A stretch of DNA of 64,000 bases from Octopus vulgaris (GCA_951406725.2 OX597830.1:40238001-40302000); one strand, 5' to 3'; shown: positions 24,475 through 38,239, counted from the stretch's first letter. Translations and numbers: made by a program. Notes: generated by a model from the letters alone, not told the origin.

Positions 24475-25200
24475 TGGCACTCTGTCGGTTACGACAACAA
24501 GGGTTCCAGTTGATCCGATCAAAGGAACAGCCTGCTCGTGAAATCAACATGCAAGCAGCTGAACACTCCACAAATACATGTCCCCATATATATCCCTGGT
24601 TGTGTTTTTGCAATGCAAAACCTGCTCCTATTTGTTTGGACATGAACTCACCGGGAAACATCTGACTGAGCATACAAAATGTTCAGTAGGGAGTCAACAC
24701 CTGAAGCTAACAGTTGCATACTGTCCTTCCAGATTAATCTAAATACAGTGAAATTTTTTATGTGCATATATGGGTTAACCCTTTTGATATCAACCCACTT
24801 GCAACTGTGTCTGGTTCTGTAGTACAAATGTCTTGTTTACAAAAGTTTTGAATTAAAATCTTCTCCCAACCCTTAGTCCCAATTTATGTCCCCAAAACTA
24901 GCGTAATGATAACTAAGTTATTTTACTAAGTTCTTTGTTATATTTAAAAATTAATTGAAAGAAACACAGAGCATCTCAACAAAAATATGGTAATAAAAGG
25001 GTTAATGTAGTTCTCAGAATATGTGACACAGAATATGACAAGGCTGGCCCCTTTGAATTACTGGTACAACTCATTTTTGCCAGCTGAGCAGACTGGAGCA
25101 ACATGAAATAAAGTGTCTTGTTCAACGACACAACATGTCACCAGGAATTGAACTCATGACCTTACGATCATGAGCCAAATGCCCTAACCACTAAGCCACA
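24475..25200 (-). mobile_element. SINE family D interrupted by two TTAA-type MITEs
   Basis: Head and core at 25200-25065; tail at 24580-24475 (GTGGAGTGTTCAGCTGC...GATCGGATCAACTGGAACCC...GTAACCGACAGAGTGCC). Confidence 0.65.
24779..25001. mobile_element. piggyBac-like MITE P2
   Basis: TTAA|CCCTTTT...AAAAGGG|TTAA; homologous to 6114-6338. Confidence 0.85.
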
Positions 25201-26000
25201 TCTAATTCAAACCAACAATCTCTGAACATATAGTCTTCAAGAGTCTGATTGAAAATTTACATTAAAGTTATCAGTGTCTGTTAAATGATGATGAGATGAT
25301 GATGATGATGGTAGTTTTCCATATCCGAAGACTGTGAGGGAGAGCGGCACCTACACGCTGAATTGAGGCTGCAACTGCCTGTACCATTAATTACCTGTTG
25401 TTTGTGTTTCTTTTCCATCACTGCAGGGTTTTTCTTCTGCCTGCACTTAGTGGTTTTAAAGCAAGAGAGAACCGGCACAATCTGATCTCACAACTTGACA
25501 ACCAGTGTTGGTTTGTTTACATCTTCATAACTTAGCAGTTCAGCAAAAGTGACAGACTTGAGAAAAATAAGTACTGGGGTCGATTTGTTTAACTAAGCCC
25601 TTCAAAGTGGTACCCCAGCATGGCCACAGTCCAATGACGGAAAAATAAAAAGATAAAAATAATACATCATTTAGCCCTAACAACAAAGGATGGTCATGGC
25701 TGAAATGCTTTTCATCATAGATCTGCTCAATCTAGTTTGACCTGGGGTTAAATAAGCAACATCAGTAACAACTACTTAACTGACAAATTTCATCCTCTTC
25801 TAGTTCTCCGTCTCTTGAAAGCTAACCAGACAGGGGTTTCAGGTTTCATAATTCCTTCTGCTTATTACAATTACAGATTCAACTCTCTAGACACGTGTTA
25901 ATACTCCTGAGTCAACTTTCAGAATACAGCATATAGCTGTGCTCTCATCTAAAGTATATGCGCTTGTTGTCAGGCGCCATCAAAAGCAAATAGCTATATA

Positions 26001-26408
26001 GGCGCAGGTGTGGCTGTGTGGTAAGAAGTTTGCTTCCCAGCCACATGCTTCTGGGTTCAGTCTCACTGCATGGCACCTTGGACAAGTGTCTTCTATTACA
26101 GTCTCAGCCAAAGCCTTGTGAGTGGATTTGGTAGATGGAAACTGAAAGAAGCCCATCATGTATATATATTTATACATACAGTAATCCCTCACCATATCAT
26201 GGCTCACCTATCGCCCACTCAATACATTATGGTTCACCAATCGCCCACTCAGTACATCGTGGATTATTCTGGCTAATATATGTAAATTTATATCACGGAC
26301 TCCTCGGTATATCCGGGTTTCTATGGCTGATAGGTATTTAGATTTTTTTAGATTTTAATTATTTCTGTGGGAGGTTTTGGAACGTAACAACAGCGATAGT
26401 CGAGGAAT

Positions 26409-26457
<49 letters not shown>

Positions 26458-26676
26458 TGTGCGTGGGGATGGATGTGTCTTTGTCATTGCATGGCAACTG
26501 GTATTACTGTGTTTATATCCCTGTAACTTAGCAGTTCAGCAAAAGAGACCGATAGAATTAGTACCAAGCTTTAAAAAAAATAAGTACTGGGGTTCATTCG
26601 TTTAACTAGAATTTTTCAAGGCAGTGCTCCAGCATGGCTGCAGTCTAATGACTGAAACAAGTAAAAGATAAAAGAT
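26001..26676 (+). mobile_element. SINE family B containing a MITE in its microsatellite
   Basis: Head GGCGCAGGTGTGGCTGTGTGGTAAG; tail GACTGAAACAAGTAAAAGATAAAAGAT. Confidence 0.8.
26179..26413. mobile_element. pogo/Tigger-like MITE
   Basis: TA|CAGTAATCCCTC... and ...GATAGTCGAGGAATTACT inverted termini; internal ~36-bp direct repeat (TGG.TCACC.ATCGCCCACTCA.TACAT). Confidence 0.7.
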
Positions 26677-27119
26677 ATTTGATGCTCGTCCAGTTCAGTG
26701 TCTTCCAACAAATTTCAGGACATGCCTAAAATAAAGATAAATTCTTTTACTGGTTCAGACAGTGAACTGTGGCCATATTGGAGCATTACTTTCAACGAAG
26801 GCTTCACTGAATCATATTGACCACAGTACTTATTTCAGCCTAATACTTTACACTTAATTTATCCACTCCTATTTGACAAACAGCTAAGTTATATATTTTT
26901 ACATGAGTAAAGTTCGTACCAGGACAGGAAGCATAAACATTGGTAGACATAAACATAGCCATGGCCACAAGCACACACACACACATTCATCATCATCATC
27001 ATTGCTTAATGTCTGTTTTTTATGTTGGCATGGGTTGGATGGTTTGATAAGAGCTGACAAGCCAGAGGACTATGTCAAGGTCCAATGTCTGCTTTGGCAC
27101 AGTTTCTATGGCAACATGT

Positions 27120-27422
27120 ATACATGGCGTGAAGGTGCATGTTTAGGGGGTTGCACTCACCATCTAGAGATCACAGGTTTGATTCCAAGACCAAGTGGTG
27201 CATTGTGTTCCTGAGCAAAACACTTAATTTCATGTCGCTCCAGTCCACTCAGCTGTAAATGGGACACTCTGCGAAGGCTAGCCTTCTGACCAGAGCGAAA
27301 GTAGACCACCTTGTCTAGCCAGAGGGGTGACATCATTTGAAAGCTAAAATGATGCAAAGCACATTGTGACCAGTGATGTATAACAACATCTGATAGGCTA
27401 GTCAATCACATGATCACGTGAT
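27120..27422 (+). mobile_element. SINE family D with CACGTGAT-type tail
   Basis: GGTTTGATTCC B-box, TGTGTTCCTGAGCAAAACAC core; tail ACATTGTGACCAGTGATGT...CACGTGAT is shared with 54678-54860. Confidence 0.7.
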
Positions 27423-27571
27423 ATATACATGACAGGCTTCTGCACAGTTTTCAGCTACCATACTACACTCACAAGGTACCGGCCAACCTGATATAGAATA
27501 GAAGACACTGGCCCAAAAGGGCACACACATAGCAGGCTCATATCTAGAAGAATTTGGTAATGAAGCTAGCC

Positions 27572-27765
27572 CTCGTGGTGGTGGCACGTAAAAGCACCCA
27601 CTACACTCTCAGAGTGGTTGGCGTTAGGAAGGGCATCAAGTTGTAGAAACTTTGCCAGATCAGATTGAGCCTGGTGCAGCCTCTGGCTCACCAGTCCTCA
27701 GTCAAACTGTCCAACCCATGCCAGCATGGAAAGCAGATGTAAAACGATGATGATGATAATGATGA
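27572..27765 (+). mobile_element. RTE-type LINE 3' end
   Basis: GGTGGCACGTAAAAGCACCCACTACACTCTCAGAGTGGTTGGCGTTAGGAAGGGCATC...GATGATGAT. Confidence 0.8.
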
Positions 27766-27825
27766 CAGCTATGCCTGCTCCTGGATGATTACAAGCAAAG
27801 CATTAACTACAGGTTTCTTCAATAA

Positions 27826-28046
27826 CCCTTTAGCACTCAGGTTATTCTGTCAAATATAATGCTTATTATTCACATTGTTTTGAATTAATCAAGCATTATC
27901 TCGTAGCTTCGAGATTTTGATGATGTGGTTGTTTATTTTTAGAATGTCATTGAAAGGCAGATGTGAGAGAGGCCAAATCTGGCCAGCTTGAACATAAAAC
28001 AGGTAGGATATTTGAGTTAGATGCAGCCAATTTAAATGCTAAAGGG
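27826..28046. mobile_element. piggyBac-like MITE P1
   Basis: CCCTTTAGCA...TGCTAAAGGG with degenerate TTAA flanks. Confidence 0.75.
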
Positions 28047-28245
28047 TCAAGTTACATCTGTGCCAAATATCTGCTCCAGTTCACATGATCAGAGCATCAA
28101 ACAAGAATAACAACATGAGTTGCATACAAACAATAAATACTTGTCCACTTGAAATAAATGGTGTCCCATTCAGATTACACCCACAAAGTCCAGCCCTTTT
28201 CTGTGGCATGGTGGTTTGTGAGCCTTACTGACCCTGAAACCTATG

Positions 28246-28836
28246 CATCATCATCATTTAATGTGTGTTTTCCATGCTGGCATGGGTTGGATGGTTTGAC
28301 TGAAAACTATAAGCTGGGGAGCTGCACCAAGTTCCAATCTAATTTAGTATGGTTTCTATGACTGGACGCCCTTCCTAATGCCAACCACTCCAAGACTGTA
28401 GTGGGTGCTCTTTATGCGCCCCTGGCATGGGTGCCAGTTACATAACACAGGCATTGCCCACAACTACAACCTCATTTGGCTTGACAGATCTACACAAGCA
28501 CTGTATATCACCAAATGTCTTGGTCACCTGTGAGGCCCAACGTCCAGATGGCACTTTTTACATGCCACCAGCACAGGGGCCAGTTACACAACATTGACAC
28601 CAGCCATGACTACAATTTCACTTAGCTTGACAGATCTTCTCAAGCACAGCATATCGCCTAACATTGAATAGTTGCTTTTTACATACCAGTTATGCGACAC
28701 TGGCATAAGCTACAACTGCAATCTCTCTTGGCTTGAAAGGTTTTTTAAAGCACAGCACATCGCCAAAGATCTCGATCACTAGTCATTGCCTCCATGAGGC
28801 CCAACATTCAGAGATCATGCTTCACCACCTTGTCCT
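28246..28836 (-). mobile_element. RTE-type LINE 3' fragment including the ORF C-terminus
   Basis: Minus strand 28835-28740 translates DKVVKHDL*MLGLMEAMTSDRDLWRCAVL*KT, a typical RTE C-terminal 'DR..WR..V' segment, followed by the common 3' UTR and GAT tail. Confidence 0.8.
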
Positions 28837-29311
28837 ATACCAGCAAGGTAAAGGTTCCTGGTAGAGCATCCAATGCAGGACAAGTCAAAGGAGAGAGGCC
28901 AGTCTAAAATGGACCATCACTTCCCAAAGCATGAAGAGGTTGTTTGTTGGAGCCAACAGCTCTACCTAGAAAAGAGCAATATTACAGAAGCAATGACGAC
29001 AATTCAAAATCAGAAAGACCTCAAAGAAGAAGACCTTTTCTCTGAGAAACATATGCTGGTGTGAGGCCAGACCTTTAATGAAGTAGTCAGGTTTTAGATT
29101 CACTGCTACTGTGTGGCACCTTGAGCAAGTATCTTCTACAATAGCCTCAGGCTGAATAATGCTTTCCCAGTGAATTTGGAAGGCAGAAACTGTGTTGAAG
29201 CCCATTGGTGCGTGAGTGTATGTGCCTTTGTGATTGTATATGTACCCTCACCACTTGACACCTGGTGCTGGTCTGTTAATGTCCCTATAACTTAGGAATT
29301 TCAAGACACCT

Positions 29312-29485
29312 GTTAATATATGAACAAAAGACGAAGACAGGTCAGGGAAAAAGCAGGTGAATTAGTTTGACGCTCAGGAAGAAAGGAAAAGTCTTAGATG
29401 TTTCAAGCCTATGCTCTTCGACAGAAAGAGATGGGGGGAAAAAAATGGAGAGAGAAAAAAACAATAGAGAGAGAAAAAATATGTG
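29312..29485 (-). mobile_element. PLE-derived short repeat with hammerhead-like core at 29391-29430
   Basis: Minus strand CTTT-CTGTCGA-AGAGC-ATA-GGCTT-GAAA-CATC; shares GACGCTCAGG context with 18606. Confidence 0.45.
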
Positions 29486-30069
29486 TAGGGATTCTGTATG
29501 GACCTCAAGGGTTAGGTTGCTATTTAGTTAGATAATTCAGAAGTTAGTTATAGGTTTACATACTGAATTTATTTACCGACATAGGGTAAATGTGCTTCTT
29601 TGCTGTGGTTTAATTAATAATGTTGGTGTTTAATCCGTCCTAGAATTAAGATTGAATGAATGTGGTGATATCTAAGGTGTGTTTGTTCCCAAACAACACT
29701 TATTTTAGTGCTGTTGACACCGCCAAATTGAATGGTACTGCCCAGGTGTCGAAACCATAGTGATATTCGTGGGGCAGCTGATGATGGAGGTATGTTGGAT
29801 TCTTGGTATGGTTGTTATTGTAATGTGCAGTATAGTTTTATAAGACATATTTGATACATATATATATATATATATAACACATTTACATGCATACACACAA
29901 TCTTACATTATGATTTTATAATCACCAAATCTGAAAAACATATTCAGTTGTTTGTTTCCATGGCTACAATAAAAGGTTCTTTCTATTTTGTTCCATACAT
30001 GAATATGCATGAGTGTATGTGTATATACACACATACACATGAGCATAGAAACATATAAAGATATACATG

Positions 30070-30410
30070 GGATAGAGGGTAAAGGCCCCCATTGGTCATG
30101 AATGACCACGTGATGGCACCTAGAAAGTTCCCCTCCAATGCACAAGTCTGGGCAAGGTTGTTTATGGAAGGCCAGCAGTTGCCCATACATACCAGCCTTC
30201 CCTCTCCGCACCACCAATGTTATCCAAGGGAAAGGCAAACGTCGATACAGCTTGGCACCATCGCAACTCATTTCTACAGCTGAGTGAACTGGAGCAATGT
30301 GAAATAAAGTGTCTTGCTCAAGAACACAACACACAGCCCAGTCCAGGAATCGAACTGACTGCCTCGTGATTGTGAACCTGACGCTCTAGCCACTGAGCCA
30401 TGCGCTTTTC
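30070..30410 (-). mobile_element. SINE family D, full-length
   Basis: GCGCATGGCTCAGTGGCTAGAGCGTC (A-box), AGTTCGATTCC (B-box), TGTGTTCTTGAGCAAGACACTTTATTTCAC core and a distinct tail. Confidence 0.85.
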
Positions 30411-30730
30411 ACCAAAGATATATATACATGTGTGTGTGTTAGTTTTGATGTGTAAATGAGAAAAATTACTCAACACGTGCCATAATTTATTCATTATAAA
30501 TATATATGGGGTGTGATGGAGGGGTGGGTTTTTCGACAGGTGTTAAATATTTACTCAATAATCAGGGTACACATTCGTGGTAAGGTGAAAAAAATAATAC
30601 TACAGAACAATGGAATAAAGAAGATCACATTTAAGAGAGGGACAAAAGGAGAGAAAATGGAAGAAGAATAAGAAAAAGAAAAAGGATGAGCCTTAGGAGA
30701 AACGACAAACAGGAGAGAAAATGGAAGAAG

Positions 30731-30733
<3 letters not shown>

Positions 30734-30792
<59 letters not shown>
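30734..30792. repeat. (GA)n microsatellite
   Basis: Perfect GA run. Confidence 0.95.
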
Positions 30793-30795
<3 letters not shown>

Positions 30796-30987
30796 AAGGC
30801 TAGAATAAAAGGGAAAGACCAGCAAATAGATATTTAGCTTAGGAAAAAGCAGTCAAACAGCTGATTGTCATTCTAAGTGACAGAACTGTGTCTAATATAA
30901 TAATAATTTGTTCCACCATCATGACAACAATTTTCTGCAGTAACTAGGTGGAGACTGTGATACACACACACACACACAAGTTTGTAA

Positions 30988-31018
<31 letters not shown>

Positions 31019-31105
31019 CGTACATTTTTATACACACACATATCTATATACACATGCATACACACAAACTGCTTGTATGTACCAGTATGTATCATAAAAT
31101 ATACG

Positions 31106-31149
<44 letters not shown>

Positions 31150-31240
31150 GATATACATGCATTATATACACATAGATGTATTTTATAGACACACATACAA
31201 TGTACGTACATACATAAATATACACACGCAGAACACATAC

Positions 31241-31272
<32 letters not shown>

Positions 31273-31746
31273 ACTATATGAATATGTAGTATAGACGTAG
31301 CAATCAACACACATTATACACACCTTCAGTGTCAGGAAGATCGAAAATGTTCACTCTGATACATATGAGAAACCATTATACAGATTTAATAGCCTAGTTA
31401 CGCATATACACACATACATACACACACACCCGACACGTATGGAAGAGGGTATAAAGGTGTTAACCAAAGAAAGAAAAAAAATACCGAGAGATCGAAAAAT
31501 AAGGTTATCTAATGAAGCGATCAATTTACTGCATTTTCTATAACCAGAGAAATAATTGTTGTTGTTGCTGTTGTTATTATTGTTTCACTATTATTATTAT
31601 TATTATTATTATTATTCAAAGTGGGCTAGATCAAATCAGTATAATGTGTGGTGAGTTATATCTTCATCTATTAATCTGGTTTAACTGAGAAATAAAAGTA
31701 AAATAGACAGCATTATCATTTCAGACTATGTATGTATATGTATATA

Positions 31747-31806
<60 letters not shown>

Positions 31807-32409
31807 AAACAAATACAAATAACACAGGGAAATTAATGACAAATGTGTTGGAGAGTATATACAAACTGACATCGTTTTTTTTTTTTTTGTGTGTGTGATG
31901 AGAATAATGGTGATGGTGATGATAACGATGATGATGATGGAATAAACAGAGAAAGATGTCGCAGAATAATAGAGTCGAAGGGTGAGAGAGAGTGGACGAG
32001 GTACTTACAGGTAAAGAAAGAGAAAAGGAGAGAGTGGAGGGGGGGTATTTACAGGTAATGAGAGAGAGAGCGAGAGAGAGGAAATGAATTGAAAGTGAGA
32101 GGCGTTATAACGAAGCAAAGGTAAAATTGTACAGCTGGAGAGATGATGAATTGAGAGATGTATAATATGGAGAGAGAGAGAGAGAGATTGAGAAGGGAAG
32201 AAGAAAAAGAGAGATGAATGAAGATAGATAGATAGATAGATAGACAGATGTGAAAGGAGGAAAGATAGTGAGGGATAGGTGAACTGAACTGAGGTGTGTG
32301 TATGTATGTGTAAACGAGAAGATGAAATCTGAGAGAAAAAAAAAGGCAGAATAAATAAATGAACGAGAAAGAAATAGAGATACAGTAAGGTAAAAATAAA
32401 GACAAATGG

Positions 32410-32463
<54 letters not shown>

Positions 32464-35028
32464 ATATATCCAAGCGACAGGTGATACGACATATATTCCA
32501 CAGATGCAAGGTGGGAAAATTTTGGCAGGATATTTTGGTGGGAAGAAGGAAATAAAGAAACCAAGTTCGTTGTTATTTATTAACGTTTCATATTCAGCTG
32601 GTTGTCTTCGACGAGCCGCCAACGAGGGGAAGGCTCAACCTGCTAGAAACATCACACACATACACAAATATCCTACTGTCTTGAAAACAGAAATTTACGA
32701 AAAAAAAAAAAAAAAATGGGAAGGATACGATTGAAGAAAAAATGTCGGTGTAGGCATTTACGACAGGAACGGGATCATGATCATCATCATCACCATTATT
32801 CTAATTATTATTATTATTATAGGCCCGCTCTATTAGCTGATCCGGAACTAAATAACAACTGTTGTCTTGGGGATTTCTTTATTCTGCTCCTCTTCCATTT
32901 ACCAATTAAAGAATTGTTTCATCTATTCATTTAGTTAGTGATTCATTTCATTAATATAATATTTTGAGTGTATTTACCTCTGATTAATCTTTCACTTCCT
33001 TCCTTCCTATTTCTAATCGAACAACGCCAGAGAAATTATTATACTGGTTCGTAAAAATAATTTTCTTTTAAAAATGACAAGAGAAAAAGCGGGGTCAAAA
33101 GACAAGTGCTTAATTTGTCTTATTTTTTCACCTGATGAAAAAAAAATCACTTGTTCTACATACACTCACATAGTGACACATATAGAGGCGCGCATAAATA
33201 CACACATTGACACAAATACATGCACACACAAACAGGCCACATCACAGCTGAGAGATGGATGGTTGGTTGGTGTCCAACAACGACAAATGCCGACCAACAA
33301 GCATCTCTCCATCACAACTGTGCACCTACTTCCTTCCGATCGAGCTATATTTTCTTTTCCTTTTACTCCATGGTCGCTAGACCTGTTGGAAACAGCAACC
33401 AAAATTTCCACTCACACACATAAAAATCACCTATCACCTCCTACCACCTTTAATAAGAAATACGTTTGATAATGTATTTATTCCAAGATATCCCTTCACT
33501 GGTTTCTCCGATCAAGGTTGACCTACAGTTAAACAACAACAGCTACAATACACTTCCGATACTGGCAAAATAACGGGCCAAAGAGAACGGAGGGGGAAAG
33601 TAGACTTTGTGTGATCGTTCGACCAGCTAGAAATAGTAGCTAGATCTTTCCCTCAAATCAAACACTACAGTTTTAAAAATGAAAGGACACATTAAAAGAA
33701 GAGAGGGTAAAAAAAAAAAAAGGATGTTTACAGCCGGAAAAAAAAACAATTTAATCAAACCATAAGTTCTACCGAATTATTTAGGACCGACCAGCGACCA
33801 ATGGCTACACAATAAATAGTATAAGGTATATATAGATATATGGTTTAGCTGTAAAGCATAAGTGATACAAAGATTGATACTTCGATGCGTGGCACTTAGC
33901 AAACCTGTTCACCGACCCTTAACTAACACCACTAAACCTTGTATGAGCGAAGAAGAAGAGTTTGGCCATATCTTGTAGGTTCGGACTATCTCTGCCTGGT
34001 TAGTAATTACACCTTGTGTATGATTCTCCTAATAAGCAACAACTAGAAGACATGAACAACAACGAACGACCAGATTGCTCAAAAATGAACTCAACTCCAC
34101 AGACACACACACACAACTAACCGACCGCTACGTACAATACACTCTCGGCATTGTACTAAAATATATAAACACTTAAATTAAGTTTCAATGGGGGGTGGGT
34201 AACATCAAAGTGAATAAACAAATTTGGAAGAAGACAATAAAAAAAAAACAACCCCAGCCTCGCGTTTCTCTATATTACCTTAAATATGCGAACTACATGT
34301 AAATATACACGGAATTATATACACATGCATATATGTGTTTGTGAGTGTACAAAAGTGTATATATAAACACCTTATATATATATATATTTATATATATATA
34401 TATATGTATGTATGTATGTATATACATATACACATACATATATACGAGCGTGTGTGGTGTATGTAGGCGCGCGTATTGACACATCAATTCAGGCTGAACC
34501 AGCTTTCTTCAAAATGCCGTTGATCAAGTGTTAAGAGCACAGTCGGTGCGAAGAGAAACAGGTCGCACTTGCGAATCTATCTGATCGTCAAAAGTTGAGA
34601 CAGATAAGAGAATAAGAAGACGTACTTAAAGTGATCAGTGTTCAATAACAAGTACTATTACAGATTGTAGGTGTTTCTATGTGTGTGTGTTACATACACA
34701 CACATATATTTATACATACATATATATATATATATAGGTGTGTGCGCGTACGATATTAAATGTCGTTTCTAATTGTATATCCATAGAACACAGAAAAACT
34801 GAATGTATTGAAATGGGATGGGATACCCTAGTTTGTCGATAAACTCTTTCACCCTCATTACAAGCGAGTTTCTCGTTTACCATTCTTCTCTTAGCTGCAA
34901 GATAAACAGTCGAGTCACACATACACAGAGCAATACATTATTGATACACACACACAGAGTGTGTGTATATATATATATATATACACACACACATATATAT
35001 ATATATACACACATATATATATATATAC

Positions 35029-35073
<45 letters not shown>

Positions 35074-35077
35074 TATG

Positions 35078-35124
<47 letters not shown>

Positions 35125-35635
35125 CCACTTCAGCATCAGTTGATGCATGAGCGAACCAGAATTGTTTTGGTGTGCGAGCACCAATAATGATCTCTGTAAG
35201 GGTGTGTTTGTATATGTGACACATAGATGTATGCACGTTGAATGTGTGTGTATGTATATATATATATATATATATATACATATGTGTGTGTGTGTGTGTG
35301 TAATACATTTCTATGTATGTAGTGGATTCGAATGGAGAGAGACTTAGAGAGGAAGAGATTCCGAACCGAAAGAGAGAGCAATCGGCAAATTCTCCCCAGT
35401 TCCCCCTGGAAACATGTAATGCCACCACTAACCTAGTTAATGGAATCCCAACAACAGTAGTTGCACCAACATCAACAATATCACCATCATCATCAAAGAT
35501 GTAGCCACAATAACAGCGGACACTCTTAAACTGGCTATCAATACGTAGCATCCCCACCCCCCTCCAACCATCAAACATTTCCGAATAGATACTCTCCAAA
35601 TTTCTTTGAGAGCACCTGCTGCTGAACACACACAT

Positions 35636-35683
<48 letters not shown>

Positions 35684-35861
35684 TTATTCAAATATGCCTG
35701 CTTCTTAATACAAACACACACACATATATATACATACATATTTCTGAAAATGTACGCAGGATATGTACTTTATGAATTGTATTTATGTACAACGATATAT
35801 AAATATTCGCGTGTGTATTGATGATAGTTCTGAAAATGTGTGTGGTATTGGGAAAAGAGAA

Positions 35862-35908
<47 letters not shown>

Positions 35909-36020
35909 CGCGGCTCCCTCGCTGCGGTGATCCTTCAAACGACAATAATTGCCCACGAGCAAGAAACTCCGAGTAGTAACGAAGGAAGTTAATCATCAAC
36001 CAGGTCTGTACAAATGTTAA

Positions 36021-36128
<108 letters not shown>

Positions 36129-36154
36129 CACAATATTTCCGTGTACGCATGAAT

Positions 36155-36170
36155 GACTCTACTCCGGGAC

Positions 36171-36223
<53 letters not shown>

Positions 36224-36650
36224 CATAGAGAGAGAGAGACATCTATACTCACACACACATATATATACACACAATCGCATATATATATGTATATATAGAC
36301 ATATATACACACATATATGTACATACATACAATCGTGCGCGCACATATATGTATATATATACACAAATACACACAAACATATATATGTACGCACAATCGC
36401 ACACATATATGTATATATATATATAAACATATAGACATATACACACACATATATATATACGTGCACACATACACACAAATATGTATATACAGACATATAT
36501 ACACACACATATATATATGTACACACAATCGCACACATATGTGTATATATAGAGAGAGAGACATATACACACACACACATATATATATACGTGCACACAT
36601 ACACACAAATATGTATATATAGACATACATATACACACACACGCATACAT
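36155..36650. repeat. degenerate (TA/CA) satellite with higher-order duplications
   Basis: ACAATCG recurs 4 times; ATATATACGTGCACACATACACACAAATATGTATATA occurs twice. Confidence 0.8.
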
Positions 36651-37012
36651 ACTAACAGCTTGTTGCGGCCAAAGGCTTACATTTCAAAAAAAAAAAGGAA
36701 AAAACGGCGACGACGAAAGAGAGAACGTAGACGTTACACAGTGATTATAATTGCAAAAGGAGAATAAAAAAACAACAATGATAACAGTAAAAGTAAAAGT
36801 AAACACCCATAACGTGATTGTGGTAAATAAGTCATCTAAATATTATTAGTAAACACACACACTTACATTGGTGTATATAATATATACATCGAGATGGGAG
36901 TGCAGCAAAGCTAGTAGCAACAACCAAAACAGAAATGGCGGAGAGCACGTTGCGAGGGGACATTACTCTTGTATTGCAACGGAATATGTCGTCCGGAGCG
37001 AATCGATTACCC

Positions 37013-37321
37013 GTGGTAGTGGTAGTGGTGATGGTGGTGGTGGTGGTGATGGTCGTCGTCGTGGTGGAGTGGAAGTGATGTTGATGATGATGATGATGAT
37101 GGTAGCGATGATGGTGGCGGTGGGGATGATGGTGGTTGTGGTGGAAGTGATGAAGATGATGATGATGATGATGATGGTAGCGATGATGGTGGTAGTGATG
37201 GTGGCGGTGGGGATGATGGTGGTCGTGGTGGAAGTGATGAAGATGATGATGATGATGATGGTAGCGATGATGGTGGTAGTGGTGATGGTGGCGGTGGGGA
37301 TGATGGTGGTCGTGGTGGAAG

Positions 37322-37352
<31 letters not shown>

Positions 37353-37615
37353 AGCGATTATGGTGTTATTGGTGATGGTGGCGGTGGGGATGATGGTGGT
37401 CGTGGTGGAAGTGATGAAGATGATGATGACGGTAGCGATGGTAGTGGTAGTGGTGGTGGTGGTGGAGCTTGTGGTAGAGTTGATGATAGTGATGGTGATG
37501 ATGATATTGATGGTGGTGAAAGTAATGATAATGACAGTAGTGATGATGATGATGATGGCGGTGGTAGTGGTGGTGGTGGTGGTGGCCGAGATGATAGAAA
37601 TGGTTAGTGGTACTT
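37013..37615. repeat. (GAT/GGT) trinucleotide minisatellite with a higher-order unit
   Basis: GTGGAAGTGATG...(GAT)n GTAGCGAT...GTGGCGGTGGGGATGATGGTGGT.GTG repeated 4-5 times. Confidence 0.9.
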
Positions 37616-38239
37616 GATGTTGGTAATAGTTTCAGAGCCTGGGTAGTAAATGGGTGAGTAAAAGGGATATCACTACTACTACTACTATTGTTACTATATC
37701 TATTAGTATTATTATTAATACTACCACTACTGTAATATTACTTCTGACCGTTACTTGTTACAGCCACTACTACTACTACTACAATTTTTTTGCCACAGGT
37801 CTGTACTAATTAAGTAGAATTATGATCCAACCGTGACTGTCCCCTAACGTGTATATGTAGAGCTACATTGTATAATGTGTCCTTCTTTTTACAGAACGGC
37901 AAGGTTTGATGCGAGGGAATCTAGCTGTTGTTTCTAGCAGGTCGAGTTACCATGTAAAAGCTCTCTCTTCGGTTACTACTGCTGCTGTTAATTAAAGTAA
38001 CACTATAACAGCAAGTACTTATAGTGCTGCTGTTACTACTACTACTACTAGTAGTAGTAGTCTAGTAGTAGTAGTAGTAGTACATTCTATACTACTTCCA
38101 ACGAGGTAGCCTTTATGTGGTCATTTGACTTGTTGGAAATAGGGGGAAAACTTCCCTCTCCTAAAATCATCCTGCTGCCTTAAACATATTAAGGACACAT
38201 TGGATAATGTAATCCCTGATGTACTATGCCTGAAAATAA

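Noticed and set aside
29745-29790. GAAAC...CTGATGA as a permuted hammerhead (similar CTGATGAAGGG on the minus strand at ~50100)
   Set aside because: I could not pair stems I-III convincingly.
36868-37617. 249-aa ORF as a gene
   Set aside because: Poly-Met/Val product of a GAT/GGT repeat with no domain content.
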